Virus record (IMG/VR): IMGVR_UViG_3300012012_001842
Strand: one strand, 5' to 3'
DNA length: 20,000 nt
DNA from: an uncultured virus (IMG/VR IMGVR_UViG_3300012012_001842)
Taxonomy: Duplodnaviria; Heunggongvirae; Uroviricota; Caudoviricetes
In this document: positions 17,002-20,000 of the stretch, one piece after another
Position numbering within the stretch: position 1 is the stretch's first letter
Layout of the letters: each line of letters starts with the position of its first letter
The notes under the pieces: generated by a model
What the model saw: only the letters and a program-made list of their open reading frames with translations
What the model was told of the DNA's origin: nothing
Databases searched by the model: none
Translations under genes and position numbers: made by a program

Positions 17002-18717
17002 ATGACTGACCTGGCAACGCAGACGAGACAGTATTTGGCGGCCGGGTACCAGAGTTTGGTGGTGGACACCAGCGAAATCGCCAGGTGTGAGGACGAAATC
17101 ATCGGCCTGTGCGCGTCAGGCTCTGTGGATATGGTGCTGTCCTGGGACTGCGTAGGCGGGTTGATTGTCAGGGCTGTCAGCGACGATTGCCCCGACTACA
17201 AGAATGACATCGGCAAGCGGATCACTTCGTCCAAGTCCGGCGCTGGACAGCCAACCATCGCCGACCCCCTGCAGGCGATCAAGCTCCTACTCAACGATCT
17301 GCCGGTCGAGAACGCTGTCATCATCATGCACAACCTGCACTTGTTCCTGAAGAAGGACGTTGAGGTTGGGCAGCTGTGGCAGACGTCCGTGAACTCCAGG
17401 CAGTTCAACGGGCTGTACACGGACGCAACGACTGGCGAAGCCCGTCCGATTTGCCGCGTACCGATCATCGTCGGCACCGGCGTAGACATCCCAGCGTCCC
17501 TGAAGCCTACCGTAACCCACATGACGTTCTCACTGCCGGACCTGAACGACATGCGAAAGCTTCGCGTCGAGGTGCAGCAGGCTGTCGAGGATGATCGTGC
17601 TAGGTTGGAACTTAGTCCTGACCCGGCTACTGCAGCGCTGGCTGAAAGGATCAGCCGCAGCCTGCTCGGCATGACCCGCGTCGAGGCTACGGGCGTACTG
17701 TCGTTGTGCGGCGTGCTCTACAAGTCGCTGGGGAACCCGGACGTACTGAACACGATCGAAAGCGAGAAGGCGGCGATTCTGAAGAAGAACACCGCCTTGG
17801 CCTACATCAGCCGAGACGCCATTTCCAAGTTACCTCGCGTCGGCGGCTTCTCCGAGTTCAAGAGATGGCTCAAGCGTCGCTGCCTGTGCTATACGCAGGC
17901 GGCGGACGACCTGCGGATCGACAAACCCAAGGGAGTGATCCTGCTGGGAGTTCCCGGCAGCGGCAAGAGTGCCGTGGCCAAGGAGTCAGCGGAGATTCTC
18001 GGGCTGCCTCTCGTGTCGCTGAACGTCGGTGCGTTGTTCGGTTCGCTGGTGGGTAGCAGCGAGGCCCAGACGGATGACACCATCCGCACGATCGAGAGTC
18101 TGAACGGTTGCGTGCTGCTGATCGACGAGGCCGACAAGGCGTGGCAGGGGTCGTCCGGCACGGCCACTGACTCAGGTGTGGCTCAGCGCGTGTTCGGTAA
18201 GTTCCTGACCTGGTTGGCCGAGAAGAAGGACAACACGTTCGTCATCATGACGATGAACCGTATCGACGGCATACCCTCAGAGCTTCTCAGACGCGGTCGC
18301 TTTGATGAGTTGTTCTACACCACGCTGCCCAACAGCGACGAGCGCGAGGAGATCATCCGACTGCACATGAGGCACCGCAACGTCGATCCTGACGCTGTGC
18401 TCAAGTCGGCAGCGGACTGGAAGCGGCTGCTCACTGTCACGGACGAGTTCGTCGGGGCGGAGTTGGAGCAGATGGTTGTCGAGAGTCGGTTGGTAGCCTT
18501 CTCGAATCGCTGTACCGGTGAGCCCACACTGGATGAGCTCGTCGCCGTGGCGAAGACCGTCGTCAAGCTGGTGACATTGGACCGGGAAAATCTGGACCGT
18601 ATCATGACCTTCTGCAAAGAGCGTGCGAGGCCAGTCAATGATGACATCGCCGCAACCGCAACCAAGGCGCCGCGAGCGCACCGCGTATCTGTCAGTGGAA
18701 ATCCCAACAACAACTGA
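17002..18717 (+). CDS. AAA+ ATPase, Ycf46-like (degenerate N-terminal AAA-like region plus an intact C-terminal AAA domain), 571 aa
   Basis: Walker A GVPGSGKS (17947-17970), pore loop LFGSLVGSSE, Walker B VLLIDEADK and second region of homology TMNRIDGIPSELLRRGRFDELFY. The IESEKAAILKK..L...VGG..EFKRWL segment and the C-terminal FCKERARP are typical of Ycf46-like proteins. Confidence 0.92.
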   Translation: MTDLATQTRQYLAAGYQSLVVDTSEIARCEDEIIGLCASGSVDMVLSWDCVGGLIVRAVSDDCPDYKNDIGKRITSSKSGAGQPTIADPLQAIKLLLNDLPVENAVIIMHNLHLFLKKDVEVGQLWQTSVNSRQFNGLYTDATTGEARPICRVPIIVGTGVDIPASLKPTVTHMTFSLPDLNDMRKLRVEVQQAVEDDRARLELSPDPATAALAERISRSLLGMTRVEATGVLSLCGVLYKSLGNPDVLNTIESEKAAILKKNTALAYISRDAISKLPRVGGFSEFKRWLKRRCLCYTQAADDLRIDKPKGVILLGVPGSGKSAVAKESAEILGLPLVSLNVGALFGSLVGSSEAQTDDTIRTIESLNGCVLLIDEADKAWQGSSGTATDSGVAQRVFGKFLTWLAEKKDNTFVIMTMNRIDGIPSELLRRGRFDELFYTTLPNSDEREEIIRLHMRHRNVDPDAVLKSAADWKRLLTVTDEFVGAELEQMVVESRLVAFSNRCTGEPTLDELVAVAKTVVKLVTLDRENLDRIMTFCKERARPVNDDIAATATKAPRAHRVSVSGNPNNN

Positions 18718-18729
18718 AGGAGTCGAACC

Positions 18730-19137
18730 TTGTCACACATCAACACCTACACGTCCCAGTTCAAAGACGAGAGCATTGTTCGTCGCGCCTGCCAGTTTCT
18801 GGACCTTCCAGCGCCGGTTCGCGGTACGTTCAGGCTCTACAACACGCCGGTCACCGGACTTGGCGTCCAGCTGCGAGGCTGGCGGTTCCCGCTGGTGATC
18901 AACACCGACACCGGCGACACCAAGTACGACAATTACGGCGGCAGCTGGGGCGACGCCAAGGAGCTGGATGCCTTCAAACAGCGATACCCGCTGGAGGCAG
19001 CCAAGCAAGCTGCTGAAGCGAAGAACATGCAGTACCGCGAGGTTGTGCTGGATGACGGGGCAATCGCCCTGGACGTGGTTCTGGTTGGAGGCGGCGGCGG
19101 TTCCGGAGGCGGGAGAAGTCCAATTGGCTTCGACTGA
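18730..19137 (+). CDS. DUF1257 (Ycf35-like) family protein, 135 aa
   Basis: TTG start after AAGGAG; MSHINTYTSQFKD...RAC, GVQLRGWRFP, YDNYGGSWG...LDAFKQRY...A...DGAIAL pattern; sits next to a Ycf46-like ATPase as expected. Confidence 0.8.
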   Translation: MSHINTYTSQFKDESIVRRACQFLDLPAPVRGTFRLYNTPVTGLGVQLRGWRFPLVINTDTGDTKYDNYGGSWGDAKELDAFKQRYPLEAAKQAAEAKNMQYREVVLDDGAIALDVVLVGGGGGSGGGRSPIGFD

Positions 19138-19321
19138 TCTCGACCCGGCCAGGTACGACGCACATCGTCAGGCAGAGTCTGACGCAACTACCGCGGCGGA
19201 GGTTGAACTCAACACCTCTGCCAAACGGCGCAAGGTGAGCGAGGCCGCCCTGTCGCAGACTGTCAAAGATCTCGCGGATACTGAACAGGAAATTGCAGAC
19301 ACACTGGAGAGCAGGCCATGA
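19124..19321 (+). CDS. Small charged helical protein (65 aa)
   Basis: TTG 19124 with GGGAG at 19111-19115, in the frame of track ORF 18968-19321. It fills the gap between DUF1257 and DUF2997 and ends in an ATGA overlap. Confidence 0.5.
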   Translation: MASTDLDPARYDAHRQAESDATTAAEVELNTSAKRRKVSEAALSQTVKDLADTEQEIADTLESRP

Positions 19322-19521
19322 GTCAGGGAAAAGAGCAGATCGCGCGCATCATTGCAGACAAGCACGGTAACGTCTCGATGGAGACGAAAGGTTTCCAGGG
19401 GTCGAGCTGCGCAGGGGCGGCTGAGTTCCTCTCCCAAGCCCTCGGCACAGTCGAAACTACGCAGAAAACGGCTGAGTTCTACGGCGAACAGAGGGATGTT
19501 GATCAGGTCGTGGCGCAGTGA
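19318..19521 (+). CDS. DUF2997 family protein, 67 aa
   Basis: I..DKHGNVSMETKGFQGSSC...AEFLSQALG.V....KTAEFY matches the DUF2997 pattern; usual neighbour of DUF1257 and Ycf46. Confidence 0.85.
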   Translation: MSQGKEQIARIIADKHGNVSMETKGFQGSSCAGAAEFLSQALGTVETTQKTAEFYGEQRDVDQVVAQ

Positions 19522-19778
19522 CTGTGGCCATGACCTACGCTATCCGCAATGAATACTATCCGAAGTTCAGACGCCAACGGCTTACGCTGTGGTCAGGTAG
19601 TTACTGTTCGGACTACGAAGGGGAAGCGATAGAACTTCCGCGTCACAACGGCTACATGGTGAATGTCGGCGGCGATCTGTATCGCGTTCACTGCCCGTCG
19701 CCGCGCACCGAGGAAAACTATGAGACCGTCGACAATGTCATCAACGAAACGATTGCAGCGGCGACGTGTTGTTTGTGA
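19518..19778 (+). CDS. Hypothetical protein (82-86 aa)
   Basis: GTGA overlap with the DUF2997 stop; alternative ATG at 19530. Confidence 0.55.
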   Translation: MTVAMTYAIRNEYYPKFRRQRLTLWSGSYCSDYEGEAIELPRHNGYMVNVGGDLYRVHCPSPRTEENYETVDNVINETIAAATCCL

Positions 19779-20000
19779 TGTCTGCGGCGAAGAAAACATT
19801 GGCCAGACTAAGCGGAAGAAATGCCTTAATTGCAACAAGATGATGTGCCTGTTTTGTACCGCCGTTTTGCAAGGTGTTAGTGCGAGGTGTCCTGATTGCC
19901 GGAAGCAACGATTGCTTCAGTTCGTGGAAAAGCACGGAACCAGGACGAGTCGCGATCAGATTGCGGTGTGGTTTCAAGGTCATAGGATTTATGGCGTGCC
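19720..20000 (+). CDS. 3'-truncated C4C4 zinc-finger protein, absent from the ORF track
   Basis: GAGGA RBS at 19710-19714 and ATG 19720 (alternative 19735). Frame is open to the window end: ...VVCDVCGEENIGQTKRKKCLNCNKMMCLFCTAVLQGVSARCPDCRKQRLL... Confidence 0.7.
   Translation, partial: MRPSTMSSTKRLQRRRVVCDVCGEENIGQTKRKKCLNCNKMMCLFCTAVLQGVSARCPDCRKQRLLQFVEKHGTRTSRDQIAVWFQGHRIYGV

Larger units (their letters stand above)
1..20000 (+). mobile_element. Segment of a probable large tailed phage or prophage (tail/baseplate module followed by an accessory module)
   Basis: Co-directional, tightly packed genes; tail-fibre anchor motif, collagen fibre, HNLG-type fibre domains, many hypothetical genes and no housekeeping genes. 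No hallmark capsid, terminase or integrase gene in the window. Confidence 0.75.

Noticed and set aside
18968..19123. 117-aa version of the ORF between DUF1257 and DUF2997
   Set aside because: It overlaps DUF1257 by 170 bp; the TTG at 19124 has an RBS and fits the gap.
17..19983. Numerous minus-strand and nested ORFs in the track (e.g. 4060-4905, 2384-3133, 1449-2126)
   Set aside because: They overlap better-supported + strand genes, have Arg/Ser/Pro-rich shadow composition and show no recognisable motifs.
1..20000. Stop-codon reassignment or programmed frameshifting
   Set aside because: Genes tile the window in the standard code using TGA, TAA and TAG stops; short A/T runs show no associated frame-switch pattern.
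1..20000. tRNA or rRNA genes
   Set aside because: The only sizeable non-coding gaps (14587-14690 and 14859-14973) show no cloverleaf or T-loop consensus.

Overview
All credible genes lie on the + strand and tile the window with short gaps or overlaps. The best reading is a segment of a large tailed phage or prophage, though no capsid, terminase, sheath or integrase gene is present to prove it. Positions 1-14586 look like a distal tail/baseplate/fibre module. It contains a truncated baseplate-like gene, a wedge-like gene, a fibre-anchor gene, five consecutive Cys-rich paralogues sharing an N-terminal N-x-x-R-x-Y-P-F motif, a collagen-like (GPQ)n fibre, a fused GT9+GT2 glycosyltransferase and two small proteins with phage fibre-type 'I-x-H-N-L-G' domains. 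A regulatory interval (14587-14973) carries two sigma70-like promoters with the same TATCTT -10 box, a 55-aa ORF missing from the ORF track and a long hairpin. After it come four hypothetical genes, a Ycf46-like AAA+ ATPase / DUF1257 / small helical protein / DUF2997 cluster, and an unlisted C4C4 zinc-finger ORF with FYVE-like spacing that runs off the right edge. All family calls come from motif recognition by eye; no searches were run.
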